NCBI GenBank assembly: GCA_965220565.1
Contig: CBDCQG010000001.1
Coordinates: forward strand, 462,030-526,029
Origin: Dehalococcoidia bacterium
GTDB taxonomy: Bacteria; Chloroflexota; Dehalococcoidia; UBA6926
Reading direction: 5' to 3'
Length of the DNA stretch: 64,000 bases
The notes under the pieces were generated by a model, which searched no databases, was not told the DNA's origin, and worked only from the letters and a program-made list of their open reading frames with translations. The position numbers were made by a program, and so were the translations under genes. This document shows, one piece after another, positions 26,655 to 38,959 of the stretch; the first letter of the stretch is position 1, and each line of letters starts with the position of its first letter.

Positions 26655-28225
26655 GCGAATAGAGGCGGAACCGGGCCCTCTCCCCGCCCAATCAGTGCCA
26701 TCGCCGCCGGAATCTTCTCGATCAAGTCGGACGCCAACAGCCCCGAGGTCATGTTGCCGTTGTCCTGAGCCGCCAGCGCCGCTGCCGTGCCATGCACGTA
26801 TACACCGGCCCGCGCCGCCGCGGAGGTCGTCAGCCCCTGGGCCAGGAAGCCCGTGATGATTCCCGCCAGCGCGTCCCCCGTTCCGCCCGACGCAAGGGCG
26901 GGCATGGCGAGCGGGCAGATGGATGGCGGCTCATCAGGGCTCGCAACGACCGTATACGCGCCCTTGAGCACCACGGTCACGCCCCACTCATTTGCCTTCT
27001 CAGCCGCGAGTTCAATGCGGTTTGCCTGAACATCCTGCACGGATATGTCGCACAAGGACGCCATTTCACCCGGGTGGGGCGTGATGACAGTTGGGCCGGA
27101 CAGTGATCCCCACCAGTCCGACTTCTCGGCCAGCATATTCAGACCGTCAGCGTCGATAAGCGTCGGTGTATCCGCAGGAAGTTCTCGCAGCAGCACGTCC
27201 ACGAACATATCGCTGCCGACTGATCGACCCAAACCCGGCCCAACGCAAAACGCGTCCGGCGCTTTTGTCTGCAACGAGGCCATGAGTTGTGAAACGGCGC
27301 CTGCCCCGGTCAGACCGGTCTGTGGGTGACTGGTAAGGGGAATATGTGTTGCCTCCGGCGCGGTAGTGGCCAGAGAAGCCGTGATCGAATCGGGCGCTGC
27401 GATGGCGGTCGTTCCCCCGCCCGCCCGTGCCGCTGCCAACGCCGCCAGCGCGGGCGCGCCGCGATACGACTCACTGCCTCCGACCACTACGGCGTGCCCA
27501 AACGTGCCTTTATGGCCTGTCGCTCGCCGCTCCGGCAAGAACCCCCGGATGTCTCCGGCGGTCAGAACGCGGACGCCGCCACCGTCATCCCCATCTCCGC
27601 CAAGCCCGATTCCGGCAACGCGAATCTGCCCGCAGATCTCCGCGCCTTTCACCGTCAGGCAGCCGATCTTCACGTTGCCTAGGGCCACCGTCACATCGGC
27701 CGGCAAGGTGGCCGGGTCTACCTCTCCCGTGTCTGAATCAAGTCCTGATGGCACATCGACTGCAACGATTGTCGCCTTGCTCGAAGCCTCACGCACCGCG
27801 GTCAACGTCTCCAACATCGGCCCTTCGATGGTTCGCGACCGTCCAGTGCCGAGCAGGGCGTCAACAACAAGTTCCGCCTTTGAGAGCGTCTCGCCTAAAT
27901 CAGCCAGGTCACCCTGCGTGATTGAGCAACCGGCTGCTGCACAGTCTTCAAGCAGTGGGTCGTCCGCTCGTGGAATGGGACAAACAATCGAAACGCTTGC
28001 CCCGCGCTGCCGCAGCAACCGCGCAGCGATCAGGCCGTCGCCGCCATTCTTGCCCGGGCCTGCCAGCACAAGAATCCGCCGCCCTGCACCACGGCCGTCG
28101 AGTGCCTCACCCACGCCATCCGCCACGGCTCGCCCGGCGCGCTGCATCAATTCCTCAACGGTCGTGCCCGCCGCGATGGCTCTGTCCTCAATCTGCCGCA
28201 TCTCCGCGGCTGTGACGGCTCTCAT
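26651..28225 (-). CDS. nnr: bifunctional NAD(P)H-hydrate repair enzyme (epimerase/ADP-dependent dehydratase)
   Basis: 524 aa; YjeF N- and C-terminal domains. Confidence 0.85.
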   Translation of the reverse strand: MRAVTAAEMRQIEDRAIAAGTTVEELMQRAGRAVADGVGEALDGRGAGRRILVLAGPGKNGGDGLIAARLLRQRGASVSIVCPIPRADDPLLEDCAAAGCSITQGDLADLGETLSKAELVVDALLGTGRSRTIEGPMLETLTAVREASSKATIVAVDVPSGLDSDTGEVDPATLPADVTVALGNVKIGCLTVKGAEICGQIRVAGIGLGGDGDDGGGVRVLTAGDIRGFLPERRATGHKGTFGHAVVVGGSESYRGAPALAALAAARAGGGTTAIAAPDSITASLATTAPEATHIPLTSHPQTGLTGAGAVSQLMASLQTKAPDAFCVGPGLGRSVGSDMFVDVLLRELPADTPTLIDADGLNMLAEKSDWWGSLSGPTVITPHPGEMASLCDISVQDVQANRIELAAEKANEWGVTVVLKGAYTVVASPDEPPSICPLAMPALASGGTGDALAGIITGFLAQGLTTSAAARAGVYVHGTAAALAAQDNGNMTSGLLASDLIEKIPAAMALIGRGEGPVPPLFA

Positions 28226-28252
28226 GTCGCACCGCTGAACTTGCGAACCCGC

Positions 28253-28645
28253 TTACTCCGGCGCGTGATAGGGCGACGGATACTCCGCCGTCCCCACCAC
28301 GATCGACAGTGCGTATTCAATCGAATGCGTCTGGCTCACGGTTAGATCAGTCAGTCCGATGCGTTCCGCGACGGCTTTCGCCCGACCGTGCAGCCGCACC
28401 TCCGGCTTGCCGCCGCGCATCGGCAGGATCTCGATATCCTTCCAGCCCACGCCCCGCGCCCCCGTGCCCAGCGCCTTCATCACGGCCTCCTTGCTGGCGA
28501 ATCGCGCCGCAAGCTCCGGGTCCCGCATCCGGCTCGTCCGCTGTTCTTCCGGCGTGTAGACACGATCAAGGAACCGCTGTCCGAACCGCTCGCGAGCCTC
28601 TCTGATTCTCCATACCTCACACATATCGATTCCGGTGGTCAACAT
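28253..28645 (-). CDS. acpS: holo-[acyl-carrier-protein] synthase
   Basis: 131 aa from ATG 28643-28645 (MLTTGIDMCEVWRI...); track ORF over-extended to 28765. Confidence 0.8.
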   Translation of the reverse strand: MLTTGIDMCEVWRIREARERFGQRFLDRVYTPEEQRTSRMRDPELAARFASKEAVMKALGTGARGVGWKDIEILPMRGGKPEVRLHGRAKAVAERIGLTDLTVSQTHSIEYALSIVVGTAEYPSPYHAPE

Positions 28646-28668
28646 TACGGGTAAATGCTCCTCTGTCC

Positions 28669-29643
28669 ATGCAGTCCCCAGATTATCGCAGAACGGAATA
28701 TGCGCCGTCCCTGCCGTATACTCACAGAGGGACAGCCTGGAGACGGAGAACGCCATTGACCGCACGCATCATCGACGGCCGGAGCATCGCGGCAGACATT
28801 CGCAAGGAAGTCGCGCGTGATGTGGCCGCGCTCAAGGCGAAGGGCATCATGCCCGGTCTTGCCGCCGTCGTCGTGGGTGATGACCCCGCCTCCCAAACCT
28901 ATGTCGCCAACAAGGAACGCGCCTGCCGGGAAGTTGGCATCTACACGGAGATCCACCGCATAGATTCATCCGTGTCGCAGGACGGCCTGCTCGACATGGT
29001 GCAATCCCTCAACAATGCGGCGCGTGTTCATGGCATCCTCGTGCAGCTCCCGCTGCCTCCCCACATCGAGGAACACGCCGTCATTGAATGCGTCCGACCG
29101 GACAAGGACGCGGACGGTTTTCACCCCCTCAACATCGGACATCTTGCCATCGGCGACTCACAGTTCGTGCCGGCCACTCCGTTCGGCGTCATGGAGATGC
29201 TGCGGCGAGAGGGCGTGCAGCTTGGCGGCAAGCACGCCGTCATCGTTGGCCGCAGCAACATTGTCGGAAAGCCCATCGCGACGGCGTGGATGCAGGGCGA
29301 TCCGGTTTCGTATCCGCGCGTCACCGTCTGCCACAGGACGGACCCGAACCTCCCTGAAGTGACAAAGCAGGCGGACATCCTCGTTGTGGCCGTTGGTATT
29401 CCTGAAGTCATTACCGCTGAGATGGTCAAGCCGGGCGCCATTGTCATTGACGTGGGCATCAATCACGTTGAGGACAAGAGCCAGAGGAGAGGCTACAAGA
29501 TCGTCGGTGACGTTGACTTTGACGCTGTGTCTCAGGTGGCGAGCGCCATCACGCCCGTGCCGGGCGGTGTTGGCCCCATGACCGTGGCAATGCTGCTGCG
29601 CAACACGGTCTCTGCCGCGAGGGCGCAGTTGGAAAACAGGTGA
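28669..29643 (+). CDS. folD: bifunctional methylenetetrahydrofolate dehydrogenase/cyclohydrolase
   Basis: IIDGRSIAADIRKEV...AVVVGDDPASQTYV motifs; true start may be TTG 28756 rather than ATG 28669. Confidence 0.85.
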   Translation: MQSPDYRRTEYAPSLPYTHRGTAWRRRTPLTARIIDGRSIAADIRKEVARDVAALKAKGIMPGLAAVVVGDDPASQTYVANKERACREVGIYTEIHRIDSSVSQDGLLDMVQSLNNAARVHGILVQLPLPPHIEEHAVIECVRPDKDADGFHPLNIGHLAIGDSQFVPATPFGVMEMLRREGVQLGGKHAVIVGRSNIVGKPIATAWMQGDPVSYPRVTVCHRTDPNLPEVTKQADILVVAVGIPEVITAEMVKPGAIVIDVGINHVEDKSQRRGYKIVGDVDFDAVSQVASAITPVPGGVGPMTVAMLLRNTVSAARAQLENR

Positions 29644-30131
29644 GGGGGGAAAGCGATGGGCAGCGCAGCAAAGGGAGCCCATTGGGACGTTTGGCGCGCC
29701 CGCAACTGAAAGCTCAATGGCTCGTGCCTGTCCGGCTAGCTGCCCTCGTATGCGTGCTGCTCGCCCTGGCGCTCGCAGCCGCCTGCGGAAACAACAATGA
29801 CCTTGGCGCGAGAGACCTGCAGCCGGATGGCACCTATATCATCGTCGGAACGGAATTCGCCTTTGAACCGGACACAATCGAGATTCCCGTGAACCAGGAA
29901 GCCGTTATCGAGTTCAGGAATCTTGGCACCGTCGACCATGATCTCGTCATCGAGGAGTTCGGCGTTGCAACGGGGTCGATGCGCATCGGTTCAAAGAAAA
30001 CAGTCCGCTTCACGCCTACTGAAGTCGGCGAATTCGATCTCATCTGCTCGATCCCCGGCCATCCGGAGGCCGGTATGACGGGAACCGTCCTCGTTGTAGA
30101 ATCACCAGTACAGACAGGCGCGCAAGGCTGA
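29640..30131 (+). CDS. cupredoxin (type-1 blue copper) lipoprotein
   Basis: LALALAAAC lipobox; C-terminal Cu ligands CSIPGHPEAGM; start codon uncertain (possibly internal GTG about 29724). Confidence 0.65.
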   Translation: MRGESDGQRSKGSPLGRLARPQLKAQWLVPVRLAALVCVLLALALAAACGNNNDLGARDLQPDGTYIIVGTEFAFEPDTIEIPVNQEAVIEFRNLGTVDHDLVIEEFGVATGSMRIGSKKTVRFTPTEVGEFDLICSIPGHPEAGMTGTVLVVESPVQTGAQG

Positions 30132-30139
30132 CATATCTC

Positions 30140-31249
30140 ATGACATCTGACGATACCGGCAACAACGACTCCACCCCCTTGATGGTGACCGATTATGAGT
30201 TCGAACTGCCGGAACACCTGATAGCCCAACAGCCTGCTGAGCCGCGTGACCATTCCCGCCTCCTCGTCATCCACCGTGACTCCGGCCTGATCGAGCACAA
30301 GCACTTTTACGACCTCGGTTCCGTGCTCACCGAGGGAGACGTCCTGGTTGTCAATGAAACGCGCGTCATCCCCGCCCGCCTCTTGGGAACGAAGCGAGAC
30401 GGCGGCGGGCGTGTTGAGATCCTCCTCATCCGCCCCGTCGCGGGAACCGGCGAGGGCGTTGAGGCAAATGAGCGCATGTGGACCGCGATGGTGCGGCCTT
30501 CCCGCCGCGTGGCCGCGAACACGATCGTTGAATTGGACGCCCCCGGCGCGCCACGCGTCCACGTTGGCCAGCAATACACGGACGGCACCCGGCTCGTCAC
30601 CCTTCCGGAAGGCTTTGTCCTCGATGATGTCGGACAGGTTCCTCTGCCACCGTACATCCGGCAGGAGATCCCAAACCTTGAGCGGTATCAGACCATCTAT
30701 GCCTCAAAGCCCGGCAGCGTGGCTGCGCCAACCGCCGGCCTCCATTTCACGCCGGAACTGATGGAGAGCTTGCAGGAGCAGGGCGTCCGTGTCGCCCGCC
30801 TGACCCTGGATGTGGGCCCCGGCACATTCCGACCCGTCAAGGTGGATGATCCACGTGAGCACGTCATGGGACAGGAGCGCTACGAGCTGCCGGATGACGC
30901 CGCAGAGACCATCTCCCAGGCTCTTGCGGATGGCCGCCGCGTGGTCGCAGTCGGTTCAACTCCCGTCCGCGCCCTTGAAACAATCGCCATCAACCAGGAA
31001 GTGGCCGCCGGCCAAGGCGAACCGCGGAGAATCGCTGCTGAGATCGGAGAAACGGAACTCATGATCCTCCCTGGGTTCGAGTTCAAAGTGATCGGCGCGA
31101 TGATTACCAACTTCCACCTGCCGCGTTCCACCCTCCTCATGCTTGCATCCGCATTCGCGAGCAAGGAGCTTGTGGATCGCGCCTACCGTGAGGCAATCGC
31201 CCGTGAATACCGCTTCTACTCCTTCGGCGACTCCATGATCATGCTTTAG
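30140..31249 (+). CDS. queA: S-adenosylmethionine:tRNA ribosyltransferase-isomerase
   Basis: 369 aa; full-length QueA pattern (LPEHLIAQQPAEPRDHSRLLV...). Confidence 0.9.
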   Translation: MTSDDTGNNDSTPLMVTDYEFELPEHLIAQQPAEPRDHSRLLVIHRDSGLIEHKHFYDLGSVLTEGDVLVVNETRVIPARLLGTKRDGGGRVEILLIRPVAGTGEGVEANERMWTAMVRPSRRVAANTIVELDAPGAPRVHVGQQYTDGTRLVTLPEGFVLDDVGQVPLPPYIRQEIPNLERYQTIYASKPGSVAAPTAGLHFTPELMESLQEQGVRVARLTLDVGPGTFRPVKVDDPREHVMGQERYELPDDAAETISQALADGRRVVAVGSTPVRALETIAINQEVAAGQGEPRRIAAEIGETELMILPGFEFKVIGAMITNFHLPRSTLLMLASAFASKELVDRAYREAIAREYRFYSFGDSMIML

Positions 31250-31257
31250 GAGGTTCA

Positions 31258-32334
31258 ATGATCGACAGAGACCGCCTCGTCAAAACGTTCACTGATCTCG
31301 TCCGCATTGACAGCCCGTCCGGCGAGGAAGCCGCCATCGCGGATGTTCTCATGGGCCGCCTCACCGAGCTGGGATTCACCGTCTCGCGTGACGCCTACGG
31401 CAACGTCATCGCGTCCGAACCCGGTGACTCCCCCGTCCTCCTCTCCGCCCACATGGACACCGTTGAGCCCGGCCGGGGCGTGAACCCCATCATCGATGGC
31501 GACGTTATCCACACGGACGGCTCCACCGTCCTTGGCGGCGACTGCAAGGCCGGCCTCTCCATGATCCTTGAAGCAATCGAATCTCTGCGGAACGATGGCG
31601 TGGCGCGCCGTCCTGTTGAGATCGCTCTCACGCGTGAAGAGGAGATCGGTCTTGTCGGCGCAAAGAATCTCGACTTCTCCATGCTTCGCGCCAAGCAGGC
31701 CGTCGTCTTTGACGGCGAGGGCCCCGCATATCACGTGACAACGGGCAGCCCCACGTACATCGCCTTTGACATCGACATCACCGGACGCGCCGCGCACGCG
31801 GGCGTTGAACCTGAAAAGGGCATCTCCGCCATCCAGATTGCCGCCGAGATGATCGTCCAGATGCGGCTCGGCCGTCTCGATGAAAACACCACGTTCAATG
31901 TCGGCCTCATCGAGGGCGGCAGCGTCCGCAACGCCGTGCCCGAACATGCCCGCGTCACTGGCGAAACCCGCAGCCATGACCCGGAGGCCCTGGAGCGCGT
32001 CCGGGCGTATCTCCTCAACGTCGTCCAGGACACGCAGGGGCGGTGGGCGGACGCCACCATCAACTGTGAACTCCAGGAGCAATTTGTCGGATATCGCCTG
32101 GATGAGAACGCCGGCTTGCTCGCCCGCGTCAAGGAAACGCTGACCGGACTTGGCATGACTGCAGAACTGGCGATTTCCGGCGGCGGCACGGACGGCAACG
32201 TTTTCGTCCTCAATGGCATTGAGGCCGTCGTCGTTGGCGCGGCCATGCATGATGCTCACACCGTTCGTGAGAGCGTCAGCATCTCGGAGCTTGAGCAGGG
32301 CGCCCAATTCTGCCGCGCGCTCATCGAAGCCTGA
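31258..32334 (+). CDS. M20-family metallopeptidase (PepT-like)
   Basis: 358 aa; SAHMDTV, GGDCKAG, metal-binding His/Asp/Glu pattern. Confidence 0.8.
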   Translation: MIDRDRLVKTFTDLVRIDSPSGEEAAIADVLMGRLTELGFTVSRDAYGNVIASEPGDSPVLLSAHMDTVEPGRGVNPIIDGDVIHTDGSTVLGGDCKAGLSMILEAIESLRNDGVARRPVEIALTREEEIGLVGAKNLDFSMLRAKQAVVFDGEGPAYHVTTGSPTYIAFDIDITGRAAHAGVEPEKGISAIQIAAEMIVQMRLGRLDENTTFNVGLIEGGSVRNAVPEHARVTGETRSHDPEALERVRAYLLNVVQDTQGRWADATINCELQEQFVGYRLDENAGLLARVKETLTGLGMTAELAISGGGTDGNVFVLNGIEAVVVGAAMHDAHTVRESVSISELEQGAQFCRALIEA

Positions 32335-32351
32335 CCTCCCCACTTTTCGCA

Positions 32352-32381
32352 TTGACATGCGCTTCTCGCCATCCGTATAGT
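32352..32381 (+). promoter_or_regulatory. rRNA promoter (TTGACA-N18-TATAGT)
   Basis: TTGACA 32352-32357, TATAGT 32376-32381, about 130 nt upstream of 23S 5' end; leader hairpin CCCGTCC/GGACGGG follows. Confidence 0.6.
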
Positions 32382-32511
32382 GGTAGTCCGCGCCCGTCCT
32401 CGGACGGGTGCTGGATGGTTGGCGCCTTAACAAGTGAATAGGTCAAGAAAGGTCAGTATGTACTGACCGCGGTTCTTCAATGAATGAGAAACGAGTCAAG
32501 AACGATAGTAG

Positions 32512-35503
<2,992 letters not shown>

Positions 35504-35611
35504 ACCTACTACTTACCTCGTTTCTACCCCACAATGGATGACCGCAATGGTCAGCACATGAAATCCCTTTTCTTGACCCGTTCACTTGTTTCGGCGCCAA
35601 CCGCCTACCCC

Positions 35612-35640
35612 CACTCTCCTTTGCCACCGCACAACGCGGC
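35612..35640 (+). promoter_or_regulatory. promoter candidate for tRNA-fMet (TTGCCA-N17-TATACT)
   Basis: TTGCCA 35612-35617, TATACT 35635-35640, about 30 nt upstream of tRNA 5' end. Confidence 0.45.
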
Positions 35641-35671
35641 GCGTATACTTACCAAGTCCCATCCGTTCCGA

Positions 35672-35746
<75 letters not shown>

Positions 35747-35759
35747 ATCTCTTTCACTC

Positions 35760-36545
35760 ATGTCCCGCTCTCTGAAGATCTTCACCCTCTTCGGCACCCC
35801 GGTACGGGTCAATTACACGTGGCCCATCGCCCCCATATTCATCACCATCGTCCTTGGCACGGTGCTTGTTGAAGACCTGGAATTCTCAGGAGGTCTCGCC
35901 CTCAGTTACGGGTTTAGCGCAATCATTGCCCTCAGCCTCACCGCCGCTATCCTGCTGCACGAATTCGCTCACGTCCTGGTCGCCCGCCGATTCGGCATCC
36001 GCGCGTCCGCCATCACCCTGTTCGCCCTGGGCGGAGTCTCTCACATCGACGATGAGCAGAAAGGCCCCGGCAGTGACCTGGCCATCTCCATCGCCGGCCC
36101 GCTGGCGAGCATTGTGCTTGGAGTCGCCTCGTACCTTGCCTCGGTACTTTTGACCGCCCCGTTCGCGGTCGCCTGCCAGGATGTTTACTCCGAATCGCTC
36201 GCGTGTGCCTCAGGCCCTTCGCTGCTCGGCCTCCCGTTTTACTACCTCGCCATCGCCAACATCATCATCGGGGTCTTCAACCTGCTGCCCCTGTTTCCCC
36301 TCGACGGCGGCCGCATCCTCAGCGCCATCCTTTGGGCAATAACGAACAACCGGCAGCGGGGGGTCAGGATCGCATCACTGGTGGGCCAACTCGGCGCGGG
36401 CGCGATGATCATCTACGGCGCCCATAACCTCTTCTTTGGCGAGCTGCTCGTCGGCGTCTGGCTCATCGCCATCGGCGTCTTCCTCATGGAAGCCGCGGTG
36501 GGGGCTGCGCCAGGCCGTGCTGGATTCCCGCTTTCGCGGGAATGA
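35760..36545 (+). CDS. M50-family (site-2 protease-like) membrane metallopeptidase
   Basis: 261 aa; HEFAHVLVARRFG (HExxH) and NLLPLFPLDGGR motifs; C-terminal codons run into a family-1 repeat. Confidence 0.8.
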   Translation: MSRSLKIFTLFGTPVRVNYTWPIAPIFITIVLGTVLVEDLEFSGGLALSYGFSAIIALSLTAAILLHEFAHVLVARRFGIRASAITLFALGGVSHIDDEQKGPGSDLAISIAGPLASIVLGVASYLASVLLTAPFAVACQDVYSESLACASGPSLLGLPFYYLAIANIIIGVFNLLPLFPLDGGRILSAILWAITNNRQRGVRIASLVGQLGAGAMIIYGAHNLFFGELLVGVWLIAIGVFLMEAAVGAAPGRAGFPLSRE

Positions 36546-36549
36546 CGGG
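36523..36549. repeat. dispersed hairpin repeat, family 1 (inverted orientation)
   Basis: GATTCCCGCTTTCGCGGGAATGACGGG. Confidence 0.65.
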
Positions 36550-36553
36550 AATT

Positions 36554-36778
36554 CTAAGTCGCTGCCGAGGCCGTAGTCGGCGCGAGGGAGTCAAGAAGAG
36601 TCGCGGAAACACGGGCGATGTCCTGGACGGCCTGATCGAACGCCGGTCGATTGCGCTGTGACGGCACGCGATAGCCGCTGATCTTCCGCACGAACTGCAG
36701 CGCCGCCTCCCGGACCTCATCCTCGGACGCTGCCGGCCCGTCGCTGACCCTCAACCGCTTGATACTCCGGCACATCAC
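36554..36778 (-). CDS. DUF2277-family protein
   Basis: 74 aa; MCRSIKRL...ALQFVRKISGY pattern characteristic of DUF2277. Confidence 0.65.
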   Translation of the reverse strand: MMCRSIKRLRVSDGPAASEDEVREAALQFVRKISGYRVPSQRNRPAFDQAVQDIARVSATLLDSLAPTTASAAT

Positions 36779-37053
36779 CCAATCTCCTTACGCTGTAGCC
36801 ACATCCAAATGCCGCCCCACATGGCGGATGATTCATGCGCTCTCTTGTTCAGACCAAGCCAAATGAATCCTCATAATCTGTTTGCCGCTGCCGCCTAACT
36901 GCACATGCGGAGAGATGCTAGCGGATTGGTTGCAAGCGCCGTCTCTGACAGTGCGCCCGAATTTCTGACGAGCCTGCTGACCTTCATGTGGCTCGTAATC
37001 GACGTTGCGCATGGCCCGCCAATTCTTAGGAGATGTATCTAGAGTCCCCTTCA

Positions 37054-37267
37054 TTACTCCGTTGTCATATAGAGCGTCTCATCGTCAAGCTCACCACGCC
37101 GCTTCAAAGCATCGTACTCTTTCTGTGTTATAACCTTCATCGGCATGATTTCGAGATAACCTCTGACTGCAGACTTGATTCTCCTGAGTTTTAGAACACT
37201 CCAAACGACACCCACTAAAGCGGCAATCGTAGCAAAGAGATCTACTATGTCGATGAACTCAGCCACC
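37054..37267 (-). CDS. small membrane protein, hypothetical
   Basis: GTG 37265-37267 preceded by perfect GAGGAGG SD; single TM helix (FIDIVDLFATIAALVGVVWSVL) then charged tail; low-GC islet. Confidence 0.35.
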
Positions 37268-37420
37268 GTGCACCTCCTCACAGCCCCCTCTGAGGTGTCT
37301 TGACTCTCACGGGCAGGATGGCCAGTTACCACTTGGGGCCAGCACTTTTTGTGTCAGTTTACCATCGCCCTCTTTTCTTGCTTTTGTGACAAGCTCCCGT
37401 CATACACCCAGCCCTCATTC

Positions 37421-37452
37421 CGGCGAAAGCCGGAATCCATCATCCCCGTCTA
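37421..37452. repeat. dispersed hairpin repeat, family 1 variant (CATTCCGGCGAAAGCCGGAATC)
   Basis: same architecture with CCGGC/GCCGG stem. Confidence 0.55.
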
Positions 37453-37564
37453 ACGGATAGTCTTGGCCAAACTGCTTGCCGATCCTCGATCCGAAGACCA
37501 TATTCAATTGATGGCAAGCCCAATACCTAGGAACACGGCACAAAGGGACTATAGGAGAAAACAC

Positions 37565-38449
37565 ATGGTTGACGGCCTAAACATCTTCATCAATGAAGAC
37601 CTTAGCAAGCCAGAGAATCGCGTAAACCTCGCATTGTTCTCACTAATGCAACAAGACTGGTTCCGCGTATGGTTCTTGGAACAACTTGGCCTTGATGTGA
37701 ACGCTGTTGTTTATCCGCCAGTGAATGTACGGGGTCGGCGTCCAGACTTGAAAGTCGAGCGGGATGGGAAGCCCGTCGCATGGATCGAAATCGAGCTTGG
37801 CAAGAATGAGAAACAAGTTCGAGATTACCAAAGCATTTTCAGAGAGACGGTAAAGACGGTATGGGGCAAGAGAGAAGATAAGGGCGACCTCAGCTTAGAG
37901 GAGGTTAGGGAGTTTGTCATCGAGAAGCGCGACCAAGGGTCCCTGTCCTTGCAGGACAAACTTCATTGTGAGTATCTGGCGAAACTGATTGAGAAAGGAC
38001 TGAACGGACATACAGCGGCTCAACCCCGCGCAGGCGTGTCAGAGATAATGCGCAAGGAGCATCTAATCGTGGCGCTGGAGGGAGCCCTTGGAGACCGGCT
38101 CCACTACACCATTGGGCCTGTTGGCAGGGATTTCATCAGAGCTGATACCGTTGGGCAAAATGGAATCTCGCTCAAGGTGAATCGACGCGATAGGTCGGGT
38201 TACGTAGCGATATTCTCCATCTCGGCAGGCTCTCGGATTATCTTTCCAAGCAGGCAAAAGCTCGAGCGTTGTCTGCGAGGGAAAGATAATGCAATTGGCG
38301 ACTATTTGCGCTTTATTCAAGACGAAATGCGCTGTGACGTAGACGTTGATCGAAACAACGCTACTCCTCAGCCAAGCCTGGAAGAGCACAGGAGTCAGCT
38401 CGTGGATTCTGTTGGCGAACTCTCTAAGCTGATCTTGGCGCTGGCCTAG
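37565..38449 (+). CDS. hypothetical protein (possible PD-(D/E)XK-like motif)
   Basis: ATG 37565 with AGGAGA SD (track ORF from 37463 overlaps repeat); about 50% GC; RPDLKVERDGKPVAWIEIELGK segment loosely resembles nuclease core. Confidence 0.45.
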   Translation: MVDGLNIFINEDLSKPENRVNLALFSLMQQDWFRVWFLEQLGLDVNAVVYPPVNVRGRRPDLKVERDGKPVAWIEIELGKNEKQVRDYQSIFRETVKTVWGKREDKGDLSLEEVREFVIEKRDQGSLSLQDKLHCEYLAKLIEKGLNGHTAAQPRAGVSEIMRKEHLIVALEGALGDRLHYTIGPVGRDFIRADTVGQNGISLKVNRRDRSGYVAIFSISAGSRIIFPSRQKLERCLRGKDNAIGDYLRFIQDEMRCDVDVDRNNATPQPSLEEHRSQLVDSVGELSKLILALA

Positions 38450-38483
38450 CAAGAACCCTCCCGCTCTCTGCTATTCTGTCCAC

Positions 38484-38957
38484 ATGACGGCATCCAATCG
38501 GTCAAACGGCGCCAATCCGGACGCCCGCCAACAGGCGCGTGACATCATCACCGGCTACGTCGGCCACAAGGGCGCGCTCCTCATGGCCCTGCTGGACGTC
38601 CAGTACCAGCTCAACTACATCCCGGAAACGACCGTCGATGACGCCGCCGAGATCCTTGGCTACTCGAAGCCGGAGGTGTGGGGCGTTCTCTCCTTCTACT
38701 CCGATTTCTCCGTGGGGCAGGGCAGCGACCACTTCATCGACGTGTGTATCGATGCCCCGTGCCACGTCACCGGCGCGCGGTCCATCGAACGCGCCATTCG
38801 CGACGCCGTGGCTGATTCGGATGTGGAGGTGCGCCCTATCTCATGCCCACGCCTCTGCAACCAGGCCCCCGTCGTCGCCTACGACCAGCAATGGCGGGGC
38901 CAACTGACGCCTGATACCGCCGCCGAATTCGCCCGAAACATGGGAGTTGCTTCCTGA
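38484..38957 (+). CDS. nuoE: NADH-quinone oxidoreductase subunit E-like [2Fe-2S] thioredoxin-fold protein
   Basis: 157 aa; Cys ligands in CIDAPCHV and CPRLCNQAP. Confidence 0.8.
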   Translation: MTASNRSNGANPDARQQARDIITGYVGHKGALLMALLDVQYQLNYIPETTVDDAAEILGYSKPEVWGVLSFYSDFSVGQGSDHFIDVCIDAPCHVTGARSIERAIRDAVADSDVEVRPISCPRLCNQAPVVAYDQQWRGQLTPDTAAEFARNMGVAS

Positions 38958-38959
38958 CT

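Noticed and set aside
35504-35671. Looked for a 5S rRNA between 23S and tRNA-fMet
   Set aside because: Neither strand shows 5S hallmarks (the GCCGAACUCAGAAGUGAAAC-type loop or the GGUCUCCCCAUGCGAGAGUAGG-type 3' region); the spacer instead contains a promoter-like TTGCCA-N17-TATACT.
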